Translations under genes and position numbers: made by a program
From: Torpedo marmorata
Lineage: Eukaryota
Length of the DNA: 64,000 nucleotides
Assembly (NCBI GenBank): GCA_977017645.1
Contig: OZ360239.1
Coordinates: 29,078,001 to 29,142,000 of the forward strand
Direction: 5' to 3'
Shown: piece after piece, positions 11,601 to 25,500 of the stretch
Layout: each line of letters opens with the position of its first letter
How positions within the stretch are numbered: the first letter of the stretch is position 1
The notes under the pieces: model-generated
Told to the model about the DNA's origin: nothing
The model's input: only the letters and a program-made list of their open reading frames with translations
The model's database searches: none

Positions 11601-14600
11601 AACAATTTAAAAGAGTTGTATTTTAAAAATCAGTGTTCGGACGATTTTCTAACAGCCATCTATTGGACCCATTGTAATAACTGACAAGGAAAACAAAATC
11701 CCCTTTTGGGCTCGAGGAAGAAGGGCATGTTGAGCTACAATTAAAGGTGTCACTGGAACATGTAAAACAAAATATTGTATGTTGTTGGATAAATAGCTAG
11801 AGAACAAAAGCCTAAAAGGAATGGGGCAAATGGTGAAGAAGCAGACTGACAAAAACGATGGATTAACATGTCATATTATAGTGCATTAAATAATGCTTGA
11901 GAATATTTGAGATACACTGGTTGCAGCATACATTCCATTGCAGATGCAGTAGCTTACTGAAAGGAGTCCTTTATCCCCCTACTGCTTGAAGTAATTCTAC
12001 TCATTTTACACATACTGTGGTCCTTTAAGTTGGGGCTGCACGAAAAAAAAAGACAATTTCAAAGATTGATGCTCAACAGTTTCCTGTTACAAGGTGACCC
12101 AATAAACATAACCTACACAGAATAAGAAAAAGTTATATATATCAGAATCAAGCACCATGACCATATAAGTCCCTTTTTAGAATGTTTCATTTGTTGTTTT
12201 AATATTTGTTACAAGACAAATATTAATTGAATAAATATCCTATTTATTCAATTAACATTTGTTTTGTAACAAAATTCCTGCAGTTACCTCCCCAAGATAG
12301 TTGCTAAATTAGCTGCATGCTGTTTTTTTAATACGGGTTATTTGGTATTTAATAAGTCTTGGATAAATTTGAGATTTAATTCACACTTCGAGATATTCTG
12401 GGCTGTTGTCTGAAACATAAAAAGATTTTATTTATAGTGCAGTTACTTAGATGATTGTTGGTTTATTTCCATTTGATAACATTGAGCTGGAGGGCAGAAA
12501 GGTTGTGGTTTACAAAGCAGTTATCATTTCTTACAATGCACATATGCTTATTGAGAGGAGCCTTGAGCATCAATCTTTTCAGCAAAAGAAAAATCAATTT
12601 GCACTTACAGCAGTTCAGTCGAACATACAAAAGAGTTTCACAGAGTCTGCAGTACAATGACTGAACTCTGTGTAGGACGTATGTGCCAGACTGGACAAGT
12701 AGTTAAAGGAAAGTTAACTGACAGGCGATGATCGATTGGTGTTTCAGGTTGACAAATTCCTGCAGAATAAGACATCTGCCAAGCATGTGACCTGATAAAT
12801 AGCACCAGCAAAGCTAAAATCCAAGGATTCATTTCAGTATAAACTAAAAAGCATTCTCGTGCGAGTAGAAAAATGTGAGGAACAGAAAAAGGGTCCCTGA
12901 GACAATTTCATACATTGGCAATAAAGAATTACTTTTTTTTTTTTAAATTGCATTTTCATGGAGTTTAAAACATATGGAAAATGACTACATCATTTTTATG
13001 CCCATCATTTTGCCTAGAGCACTTAGTAACATTAACGTTGCTTCAATCAGTGAAATTACCATATTGAGTGATTAAGCAACAAAATATAATTGAGCCCTCT
13101 TAATGGGAGCACCCGCACAAAGAACAAAATGTTTCCTTTGCCCAACTATTACTAAGAAATTTTGAGTGGAAATCAATTGCGTATCGGAAGTGTCAGAAAC
13201 CAAGGCATTAATTGATCTTTAACAGTTTTGTCATACAAGAAGTGATTGTTTTTTTATTTGTCAGGAGTGCACAGACGGAAGTCAAGATGAAGTGGCCCGA
13301 TCGAGGTTAAATTGGTTAAACTGGTTAAACTGTTACCAGCTATAACGGTCTCCCTCTTCGGTCAGTCATGGAGGCCATTTCAGCTTTTCAAAATTGAGCT
13401 AAAATATTTCTATAAACCGCTAGTATTGCTATTAAAATCGATTGGGATTAATATCAGCTATCAAGTAAATGCTCCTCCTCAAATATCAAAATTCTTTCAC
13501 TGTCTAGGATGTATTTTCTCGGGATTTAAAAAATTACCCAGATAACAAAATAAAAGCAGGGATGGGATGTATGATTGGTGCCGAAACACGTTAAAACGTT
13601 GCGGGAAAAACTGATATCTACAAGGTGAACGTGGGATTTGATACAATAAACACTGTATTTGATATGTTTAAAAAAAAAGTTAGCTGTGTCTTCACTGAAA
13701 CAAAACTCGTACAATCTAAAAAAACATGCCAACCTTTCTCTGCAACTTTTTCTACCAATTTGTACCAGGTCAACATACATAACTGATGCTTTAACTAATT
13801 CACACAACTGCTTAACATTTGCTATAAAAAGTTCCATTGTGGGTGTTCACATCTGAGGAATTGTTATTCAGAGATAGTCAATACCATTTATATTGTTAAT
13901 GTGAAATACAACTAGAATAAAAATGTTTTGTGTCTTAATTACATTGGGAGCGGGTGGGCAGAAATACCCTAAATGTTTATCAGGGAAAAAATAAAATTTC
14001 AGCTTTTAAATGCTCATTTTATTTGTTCTGGTGGTGTGTTCAAAACATCTGGCACTAATTTTGCTCATTGCAGGAAAAGGAGAGCCTGACAACAGTGGAA
14101 CATATACATACATGCATTTGCACAAACGCACACAAATAAAAACTTCAACGTATTTACGATACATTAAAAAAATTGTGCTTTTTAAAAATCCAACAAGAAA
14201 ATACATTATCAAACCTAAGTCAGTGTTTGGGTATGTTCTAAAATATTAATAAAAGGAAGACTTTTGTTACACAACTCCATACAGCAGTAACGCAAACCAA
14301 AACCTCAAAAGTGAGGCTTTCCTGCAAACTCAAAAGGAATCTTCAGAAATACTCTGGGAATACTCCATTTTAAAATAAAATATTATCTAATGCCTCACAA
14401 AAATATGAAAGCACTGGAAAAACAACTTGTTAACAATGATTCTACAAATATATTATTAAATCTGAGGTAAGTCTTGCTTCTAATAATTTATATAAACTAT
14501 TCAAACCTTCAATATCTGTGCAATTTTGGAGAGGATCACAAACACAGTTTTAGTTAAAAAGGAAGCAATTACTCTACTGTTTTGGCTACTTTTTTAGACT

Positions 14601-15234
14601 GGAAATTGTAAAACATTTAAAAATGAAAATATTGTTTTTCGTGATCTAACTGATGTCTCTGATTGTAATGAGTTAATTAAAAAATCCATCGCTTCCCTTC
14701 AAAATGACACTTGGATAGTAAAAGAAAAAAGATCTCTTTTATAGTTGCTTTTGTACATAATTTGCATATTGTTGCATCGAAAACAGATTTGACAATTGAG
14801 CCACATTAAAACTCTCTTCTGGCACCATACCAGTAGATTTCAAATCAATTTTAAAAATATAATTTAACTAATTGGAATCATGACAGTAGGATGTCGAAAT
14901 TCATCAGGATCTAAAAATGTAAATTTTGGACTAAAATCTGTGTGTAAAATATCTCAAACAGGATAGCTGGAGAGAAATAAAATCAGCATCGAAATGGTTA
15001 AAACAACTTTCTTAACGCAAACGCAATGCAATGTTGCCTACAATTGTTCTTTTTTTGTTTCTTCTTCACAGAAGAAATTCTTGTGAAAGCGGTGTTACAA
15101 AGGTCACAGTTTCAAGTGTTGGATAGAAGGTCGCTACCTGAGCTGACCACCTCTTCACCACAGTGACTGGCCTTCTCTGAAGCCCATCGGGTGAAATAAA
15201 ACATAACCGTGCACTGTAGCATACTGTAACTTAC

Positions 15235-15600
15235 CCAGCTGTTTAGATTGAGGTGCCAGCAACCAAATTGATGGAAAAAGGAGAGCCCAGAGGATAATGT
15301 TCCTCTTTTATTGTTACTTTCTTCCATTCCCAGCAAAATTGCATCCCTCGGGTACATGCCGCTTTGTCTTCTGTTGGCTCTTAACCTCCACAACTTTCCC
15401 CCCCTTTCTCTCTTGCCTTGGTGCCGACTGCGCTTTTGTTTCTTCCTGATTTTTCTAGCGTCTTTTTTTTAAAGTACTAAAAAAAGATGTCTCAAAAGAT
15501 CAAGAGCTTCCCAGTTCTGTGGCCTGGTGTTTTTAGAACCAACATCCTCATTCAAGTTTGCCGTTGGTTGCATCTTCGTCCGGGCGCAATCCTATACCTG
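15235..15600 (-). other. Candidate exon (probably 5' UTR) of an unidentified minus-strand host gene
   Basis: Donor CTGG|GTAAGT at 15235/15234; possible acceptors ...ccctgccatacag|cag at ~15600 or ...cctttccatatag at ~15771; no recognisable protein. Confidence 0.3.
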
Positions 15601-15929
15601 CTGTATGGCAGGGACCCAAAATTTAGGACAAACGATAACAGACACTGCATCAAAATGCTCACTTAGGAATGAGCAAGACCGCACACACGGGTATAACCTC
15701 TTGCGTACTATTTATTTTCTTTTCAAAGCCTACAACTCTCCTAGGATTACCAAAATGACAATGCTGCAACTCTATATGGAAAGGTATCAATAAGAGCAGG
15801 AGAGAAGAGACAAGCAGCGGTTAAGGGAGCATGATCAACAAACTGTAGCATGCAGTCACATCTGTGGGAATGTCAGATCCCTCATGCTGAAGTTCTGGGG
15901 GTAGAACTGCGAGAAACCTTTATTTCTTA

Positions 15930-16162
15930 NNNNNNNNNNNNNNNNNNNNNNNNNNNNNNNNNNNNNNNNNNNNNNNNNNNNNNNNNNNNNNNNNNNNNNN
16001 NNNNNNNNNNNNNNNNNNNNNNNNNNNNNNNNNNNNNNNNNNNNNNNNNNNNNNNNNNNNNNNNNNNNNNNNNNNNNNNNNNNNNNNNNNNNNNNNNNNN
16101 NNNNNNNNNNNNNNNNNNNNNNNNNNNNNNNNNNNNNNNNNNNNNNNNNNNNNNNNNNNNNN
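15930..16162. other. Assembly gap
   Basis: Run of 233 N. Confidence 1.
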
Positions 16163-16390
16163 GGTCTTGCCATTAATGCATGCAGGTTTTTTGTTATTAT
16201 TGTAGTAAATGTAAAGGGGAGAAAGCACTAGACCTCACTGCAGCTTCTCTTTGCTGACCTCAGCTACATACAATATACAACAGCAGCTTTTGTATTGCGA
16301 GGATTCTTTCGGAGTTGCTCTTTGCATACTGCTTCCCGTCGCTAATTGCATCGCCAAACAAAACCCTCTCCATCTTAAAATCGAGAAGGG

Positions 16391-16412
16391 GTGTGTGTGT
16401 GTGTGTGTGTGT
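16391..16412. repeat. (GT)n microsatellite
   Basis: About 11 GT units. Confidence 0.9.
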
Positions 16413-17592
16413 AAATTTTTTCATAATAATAAAAGCAAAAGTAGTGAAATGTCCCCATTAACACTGAACCAACCTTCTGAACTTAGGTGGCATTTAGCAT
16501 CCGCCATCCACCCCTGCCCCTTCACCTCACAGGGTTTTGAAATAACCTCAAGTTTTGGAAAAACAAACTCCACACACACAGAATTTCTATCTCAGTTGAG
16601 GTAGCACAGAACATTTAACACACCTTTCCTCTTCTGTCTACACTGAGCAAGGGAAATGACAAGACAAGAACTGGAGAAACAAAACAGTGTGCAGTTTTCC
16701 CCCTCTTTATTTAGCGCTCCACACTAATCTGGCCTTCGCGTGCAAAGTGTCGGCCAGAAATCTTTAAGGCCCTAATACCAAAACAAAACCTTTGAATTCC
16801 CTTTATATGGTGCAATACAGTCGCTAACAATGGCAATGAGGCTGCAGTTTGACATGTAAAAAGCCCAACACCGAGGCAGCTAATTGCATTCCCTCCCTCC
16901 ATTCACAGTGGCCACCACACTCCAGCAGCTTCCTTTGTCACACGTGCAATTTCTTAAGTAAACTGGGAGTTTGGTTGCCGATGATGGACAGTTACTAATC
17001 ATTTAGCACAATAAGCAGTAAGTGCGGCAGAAAGGATGGGCAACTTCAACACAGCTTTCTTTGGGATTGGAGGATGCGAGAAGTAAAAGGACCAGGACGA
17101 AGGCTCGCCACACAGGCGACGGAAGGTGAACACTTGAAATACCAGACCTTTTCAGCTCGCATATTTACCTTGCAATTAGTGAGGTGTGTGGGGAGAAACA
17201 GCTATTTGAGGGGGGGGTGGGGGGTGGAATGTAGAGGGAAAGGGAGAGAGAGAAAACTGTGGGAAAGAGAGAATGCAAGTTCAACTTGCCACATCAGATC
17301 AGCTTCAGACCTTGCGTTAAGTAAAACGTAAATACGTTCTTCACTCAACAGTTATAAAAAGTTTGGTTCTTTTTTAAATTGTAATTAAAATGAAACACGC
17401 AGCAAAACAAGTTAGCATATTTGTTTGTCCAACATAGCACTTCTCATAGCTCAACACCCAGGCCTCTTAAATTGTTCTAACTTACCATTTACACCTACTC
17501 AAATTACGATGCTCCACACTGCCTGAATTCAAGCATGCTGCCGTTCCCGAGCTACAGTGCAAATCAGCCAGCTCTTCATGGTGTGGGCAGAT

Positions 17593-17609
17593 CCACTGGA
17601 GGGCAGCAC
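17593..17609 (+). promoter_or_regulatory. Possible CTCF site
   Basis: CCACTGGAGGGCAGCAC, one mismatch to the CCASYAGRKGGCRS core. Confidence 0.3.
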
Positions 17610-19418
17610 CCTACCTGAACCACTTAGAGCCAAGATGCTGCCGAGATAGGGGAACGAAGCGACTGCATCCAACTCCAGCTCTCCAAGAAAAGATGCTCAA
17701 GTTCAGGTCTATTCAGTAAATTACCTTGCTTTACAGGAAAGAGATAATGAGACGCCAGTGCTCATTTGATCAGAAGCAGCCCCAAAACCACTCTCAACAG
17801 TTCAGAAAAGAACAAAACATCAACTGTCGCTTGCTTACTTGGCAACATTAAAACCAGTTGTAGCCCCTGTAATGTTAAATTCACTGGTATTTTGAAGCCA
17901 CCGACAAAAAATAAAATAAAATAAAAAAATAAAAAATAAAAATCGCCACTCACTCCACCCCCCCACTTGCAGTATAAAAACTAACCTACCTTTTATTTTC
18001 CCCACACATCCAGTTCAGTTAAACACGCTTGTCGGAAAATGCCAAACCGTGCAATAATTTTCACACATTGAATCTAAGTTATACAAAAAAAAAATCAACT
18101 TGAAGAATATCTGTACTCTTAATGCTTACAACTGGCGTATGTGGCAAGCGGCTCCATGAAGCTTCACTGCCCACTTTTGAAGCCTACGTTACTAACACAC
18201 GCAGAATGACACCGCTGAGCGCCTTTAAAGAATACCAGGGAAAAAATGACTATTGATCTTCAAATGGTGATAATTGAAAAGATCAAAAGATTAAACAAAA
18301 TCAAAAAATGCGCTGACTTACCATGTTATGCCTTTTTTGTTACAACTTGGTTGAAATTTCAGTCAAACAAGCTTCATCGGAGGTGTCAAATATTTTGGCG
18401 GACTGTGATCGTATTACTTCCGCAGCCTTGCCTCACAATACTTCAGAACTTTTTACCTAGCTTTGGTTCACTTTGAAAGCTGCAGCTCAGCAAACCAGCA
18501 CAAATTATCTTGCCACCTTCTACAGCTCTGATGCTTTGGCCGCTAACTTTGGAAGGCCCTTTACTACTGCATCAAAATTAGCATTGTCAAAGCAGTTAAT
18601 GAATATTAATACTGTATTTGTCATTGGAGCTGGCCTGATGCTGAACTCCGAGCCATCCATCAGGGACAAGATTAAGAACACAATTATTTCTGACTGACAG
18701 GGTCCAAATCTGCTAGATTTTTTTTTGCAACTCTAAAAAAAAAAGAGACAAAAAAATAACATCTTATGGGTTCCCCCTGGGGACTAACAGTCAGATTAAT
18801 ACACTTTTAATGAAGTGAAGGCTATTAAGTATGAAGAAAAAGCAAACAAGATGTACAAGTCGAACTTACAAATGCGGCAAGGTGGCTGATAAAAATTAAA
18901 AGAATCACATATCTTTTTCGACAGCTGTCTGAAATTTTTCTTCAGAGCTTTCTAGAATGAAGAAAGAATCTTTCTTCACAAATTTACATCATTTGAATAA
19001 GGAATGCACTGTTATAACCCACTTGGGATAATTGTCTCCATCTTACATCTTAACAACATCAACTCAAAGACCAAATCCTAAATAATTCCTACACAAATAT
19101 TCTAATCAACACTTCCTTAAAAGCAATGGACAATCATGATTATTCTCTCGCTCGCATCTGCATAAACCACATCAAAAACATTTGGCAACAAAAAAAAGAG
19201 CAGTTTCTGCGCACACATTGTTATTGTATATCATAACACAGACTGCCAAGAAAAATTACCTTGAACAGATAAAGGATTAACAGTACATTTAGATGCATTG
19301 CCCAAACCAGAAGAACAACTTTGACACTGGCAATTTTTTTGTGGGAATTTGGAAAAAATTATGAAATCAACAAATGACAAGTTGGATCAACCAAGTTCTC
19401 TTGCACTTACAGTGAAAG

Positions 19419-19522
19419 CATAACAAAGGGCTTAAGCCCGAAACGTCGGTTATGTACCTTTATCTTTGCTATATAAAGTACTCTGTTTGACCTGCTGAGT
19501 TTCTCCAGCATTGTGTTTTTAC
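19419..19522 (+). mobile_element. Solo Penelope pseudo-LTR fragment
   Basis: aagggcttaagcccgaaacgtcggttatg...ttgacctgctgagtttctccagcattgtgtttttac; same family as 8431-8601, but the UGAUGA core is missing. Confidence 0.85.
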
Positions 19523-22500
19523 AATATTCCCTGTGTTTGAAGACATGTCCTGTCTTACTTATAAAACACACGGTATGTATCATTTGCTGCTTTCTCATGT
19601 ATATTTTCTCTCACCACCACCACCAAGTTTTACTCCTTCCATTTTAGTTGATTTGCACACGATTTACACATTTAAAAATGAGCTATGGAAAATGTCCATG
19701 ACGCTAACACAGGATTCATAATGGGAAACAATAAAAGTTTAGATGCGCTATTTAAAAAAGGGTGTCTGGACTATCGTCATTTGAATTGCAAACCTAAAAT
19801 GTTTAACTTTCTCAGCCACCCTTCGAGCATAATCCCGAAGCACCAAAAGCGGACAAGCAAAGGATCGGTCTTATCCCCGCTCACAGGACTCATTTTCCTT
19901 TCTCTACGATGTTAAACCTTTGAATGCCATTTCATTTAGAAGGTGATTTAAGGTTGGGGAAGAGCAGGAGGAAGTTTTAAAAAAAACCACTGAAAACTGA
20001 CAGATGCAACGGTTAATGCCATCTGACCAGTGAAACGAGGGTGTCTGGGTCAAGCAACTATGGCTAGCGAACTAATCTACTGCTCTCGCTGACCACCCCA
20101 CTGGCTGCTCCTAATACCATTAGCAATCGTTAGATGAACATTCTAAATTGGAGTTTTGTCCTCCAATGAGACGCCCTGACCCCGATGCAACAACCCTGCA
20201 GCTCCATATGCAGATGGCAAATCTCCTGAAAACGCTTCTTTCAGCTTTTAAGATTTTCTTCCCATGCAAGTGTCCTTTTCTTTCAAACTATTCTCTTTGG
20301 CCTCCCTCGCTTGGAATAAACTCTACTAACTTGAAGACGTGTCCATTTCTCTTGCCAGTTGCTTGCACCATTCAATTTCAGCTGATAAATTTGGAACAAT
20401 CTGTTGCATTTTACTGGTCTTTGTGCAAATGACTCTTTTTTTTAAAACACACTGTGCACTCTTCAGAATGGGGGGGGGGGGGGGGGGTGAAATGTGAATG
20501 GAGCACAAACGACAATGGAAAACATTTGGGAATACTGCCAGATTTGAGGCATTCAAACCCCAGTCAAGTTAAAGTCTCTGTAGCAGTGGGTGCAGAAAGC
20601 ATTTGCCTGACAGAACATTTACGGCAGACAGCTCCCGCTACCTCTACTTACGCAGCACGATCACATCAGCCCTAGTATCAAATTAACTCACTGACTTTGA
20701 AAGTTATTGATCTGCTATTAAGACACTAGTGAACTTGATGAAATCAGTGCTGTAGGTGCAGTGAAGACTTCAAAGTCTCGCACAGACACATAAAACAAGT
20801 TGCTTTGATCCTTTTTACTATCCGCAGAGGGTTTAAAGCCCAGTTCTCGGTGCGCTGCTTTTCACACTCGTCAGGTCTGATTTTTTTTTATACCAACAGA
20901 CAGCTTGATAATGTTAATAGTGCATATTTTAGCAAACAACTAATTCTAAACTAATAACTTAATCTGTCCAGACAAACAGCATCATTTAAACATGTCAAAC
21001 AAAACCAATTTTGCCTTTATTACTGCCTGCACTGCAGGAACCAGGAATTTTAAATATTGGCAGTGCAGATAAGATTCTGCTCTTTATTGCATTCACTATT
21101 TTAATCAAGGTGAGAACAAATTTGCGAACACATACTTTTATGTTATGCTCTTATGTGAAGGATTGTCCATATTTATAAAACAGTGCCACAAAAGGTCAGA
21201 GTAAACAGTATTTTATTTTATGGATTTATTGAATTAAGTGCAAAATCTTGAATTATTATTCAAAGATTTAAAGAAAAACTAGATTCTAATAAAATAACCA
21301 AAAGGCTATATTAAATAAAAATCTGTAATCTCTAATAGCACTGGTGTCAGAACAGCAACTATGCAATGAAAAGGAGAGGAAGGATATGAAAAATAAACAA
21401 GATTGAAGTAGGAAACTGCTTCATTAGACTAGGGAATTATTTTTATGATGACAAAACAATTGAAATACAAAAGTCTACATGATTAAATGATTTATAAATT
21501 AGTCCACAGATCACCCATTAGAAACAACAATTATTTCTTGTATACAGAATGCACCACATGCCAACATGAAAAATTAAGATATTAGTAAATAACACACTGA
21601 ACTTGTAAATTAAAAATTTTGCATGTTTGCAAAAAGACAAATTAATTAGGTTTTTTTTTACAAAATCTGCAAATTATTAATTTTACCCAAGAATGAAATT
21701 GTTTAAAGTTAGGAATGTGAGCTTAAAGGCTACATTTATTTTAAAACAGTTTCAGAAGTGACAATTTATGTACTTACAGAGAACATCAAATGATAATGAG
21801 AAATAGGATGTTACTATGAACAAAAATCAACTGCAAAGGTCCACCATGATTTTGCCATTGAATTCTAGAAAAGGCTCATGCAAATTTACTGCAAAAAAAA
21901 AATCAGTTCTCTTCTTTAGTCAGTTCTTACCAAAAAACACTGTTCACTAATGAAATCATCTGCAATACAATTCAGGAACAAATTAACTTTTTGTACTTGC
22001 TGCTAGGGTCCCACTTACAATTCTAATGAAGTCAACACTCCAATAAGATGTGTTCAGAAAGTTTCCTGGGCCACCAGCTCAGAGATCCTTTTCACCAATT
22101 AGTGCAAAGAAAAAGGGGAAAAAACAGAGTGCCCTACTCAAAGAGCTAGGCCTTACGGCAAATCTGTCATGTCGACTGAATTGATCAACGAGACTGGTAT
22201 TTCTAATGGCATCTTGTCAGGAAAAGTCAGCCATAGGGAGCCACCTGCGTTACTCTTTGCACACAGCTATAGAACTAGATACCAATCTCAGGCAGAATCT
22301 TTTACTAACAATTTGGGAGAACAATCCGATTTCTGCAGCAGTACAACTTGTCATTCTGCAATCACCACCTGACTTCCCCTTTTCAGGATAAAAGGCACCT
22401 CTGTAGATCACCAATTTATCAGAAAATCCAAATGTTACTAAACAGGGAAAATGATCGATTTCATCGGACACCAATTAATCATGCATAATCATTATACTTA

Positions 22501-25500
22501 TGGATTCCTGTTCTGTAATGTTAAGCAGAACATAGATTTTACAACACAGATTATCAGATGATATGTAAAGGACTTTTTTTTGGCCAGAGTAATTTTCCTG
22601 ATTCAGTGACCTCGGGGATCGGTTCTTGAGACCATAAGGAAGGAGCTCATGAGCTACATAGCCACAGTGTTACAAAAAAAACATTTAAGAGTATGGATGG
22701 CCAGAGCCACACCAGCCACAATACATTTTCATGGAATAATTGTTAAATACATATATTAGATCCAGTTTGTAATGCGAGTCAAAAACACTTGGATTGTAAA
22801 TCACGTATCAACACCTTTCTTGCTCTCATCAGTCAACGAGATTCTCAGGACTTTATCTGCAGCCTGCGGCGGTGGCTTTGCCCAGGGACATGCACCGAGA
22901 AAAATTTTCATCGTGTTAGCATTTCAAATGGCAGAAAGTGAAAGGAAGCTCTAACTGATCATAGCCTGCGGAATTAATTGGCTAGCCTCTGAATAATGTC
23001 GCTCTTCGAACATCCTTGAGAGACGAGCACTAGTTTTGTGCAGCGGCTTCAAATAAAAAGCGCTAAGGGGTATAAGGCTTTAGCGCATTTCCCTGAAGAC
23101 CACGAAAACAGAACCAGCAAACCTTGCCCAACTAATCATTTGTTAATTAAATGCACAATTCCATTAGGTGTTCCTCTGTCGAGTTTCAAAATTGCGAGAA
23201 CAAAAGATTACAACGGTTCCAGACGTATGTGCAGTAATGCAATACGCGTAGCTGGAAAACTTCTGTTTTAAGTGAGGAAAATTTAAAATATTGTCGGCTT
23301 TTTGCCAGTTTTAAAACAAAGGACTCAAGTAGACGCCATGTTGCTACTTGCTCCATTCTGCGGGATTAAAGTTTGAGGGTTTTTTTTTTATCGTTCCATC
23401 AAAGGGTATGCAATGACCCTGCTTGATATCACCATACCTCTCTTTAAGAGGCATCCTAATCTAACCTTTTTAAGACTCTTTGCTTTCAAACTCAAAACAC
23501 CGTTAAAAATAGGCATTGTTGGTCACCCCTGAGAGACTGGGCACCTGGCTTTCGTTGACCAAGGCAGTGGACCTCCAGATATGCAGCTGTTTACGCAACT
23601 ACTAAGCTCCGTATAGCAAAGCACGGGGTTGGGAGGGGGGAATTGAAAAGATGAGATTAAGAATCTTCGCAAATGTTCCATCTTTCGTTATCGACTGCAG
23701 CCTAGCATGAGGTGTCAATTTTCAGCTCTAAAGAGAGGACACAAATTCGCAGCGGTCCCATTATGCGGTCTCTTCGCTCATTGTATATTCCGTCAACGAA
23801 GTCAATCTTATTAACTTCCGCTCTGGTTCACACATGACATTTTCTTCAATTTTCTTGCCAACATCAAAAACATCAATTAGCAGCTAGAAAATAGGAAGGA
23901 ACAAATGACAGGGCCCGATAACGTCAACTATTTGAAACAGAGGGTAAATCTATTCTGCAGTACTGAATGCATTCATTACCAATTCATTTTCAAAGAAGAC
24001 TTCCAAATAGCAAAGAAAATTAAATTTATCATCCAGAAATGTTCCAAAATTGTTTGCTTTTTTAAAAATCCTATACCTATTGTACCATTTTCGAATACAA
24101 TATGAAGAAATATGCCTAGTTTTAGCAGAAGCAAGACAACTTCGAGAGAAGTTGAATTAGGTGGGTTCAGCAGAATTCAGAACGCGTTAGGTTGTATGCA
24201 GAAACATGAAATAAATGCCATCATGCTGATGTATGGAAACATTTCTGCACTTTATTGGTCTAACTTTTATAAATTTAAGTTACAAGATCAGTTCATCCAT
24301 CAAAATAAGACAGAAATGATAAACTTTTATGTTTTGTTCAGGAGATTTAATTGGATAACTAACTATCTAAAATAATAATGCAGAAAACTTTGTTTTACAA
24401 TACCTGAGTAAAATCCATTTCTGCTGAAACCCCTACTTTATGAGAAGGCTTTCATGGTTGTATTACATCTACTCGAGAGTGAATAAAAGCAAATTTAGCG
24501 GCTGTTGAAGACTACTGCTCGGAATTAATGTGAACAGAAAAGAGCAGCTACACCAAATAAACAGATCACTTTCCCCTGGCCATTGATTTCTTGATCTTTT
24601 GACATTATTTACGAGCTTCCTATTCTCTTTCCTGTCTTTTTTCCAATGTCACAAAGGAAAAATGTCTAAACAGCTGATGGCAGGATTATCAATTAGCTGT
24701 CAAGAATCTGCTTTCCAGCCCTGAACAATACCTGCTATAATGCCGAAGATCGGTAATACAGCGAGACACATCTAATACAGTACTCCCTCCACACTGACTG
24801 GGATAGCAGAGTGGCAAGTCTTGAATGAAATTTGTGTCTCGATCATTGCTACAAATATATTGATTTATCTGGTCGTAACCAAATACGTATAGTAAATTAT
24901 AATTAAGAATTTATATTGAATATCAGATAACGTTGACTCACAAATACACATTTTTCAACTCAAAATACAGGGTGGTAGTAGATAGGGTGTTCGATTCCAA
25001 CCACAAAAGCTCTTGTAAACACATTCCATTGGCATTGTATTCATTTCTTTTAGTGCATGCTAGAACCTAACGTTGGTGTTCCTTGGTGTTCTGTTTGCAT
25101 TGGAGTGGGGGTATATTATCGTAACATGAGGATGGCTGCACTTATTCCAACAAACTGTGGTAGACATTTCCACATGAAACATAGCTCTGCTTTTTAAGAC
25201 TTGCAGCTGTGTAATTGATGTCAGTCAAAAGGCAATTTATTCACCATTTTAAAGGTATCCAAGAGCCTTCCTCTACAGTTAGTGCTAATTTAACAAATTA
25301 TTCTAAAAGACCCAATACTTTCCATTAAAATGTTTTTGAATGCTAACTATAGCTAAAATTTGAATTGTAGAAGTGGCTATAATTATGAGATAATAAAGCA
25401 AACATGTCATTACAGTAGTTAGAGCTAACAAAAATAACGTAGGATGTATCACATTTCAAGTCATGTATAAAAGTACACCTTAACTAAAATAAAATACTTT

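Noticed and set aside
15850-16228. ORFs spanning the N-run
   Set aside because: Artefacts of the assembly gap
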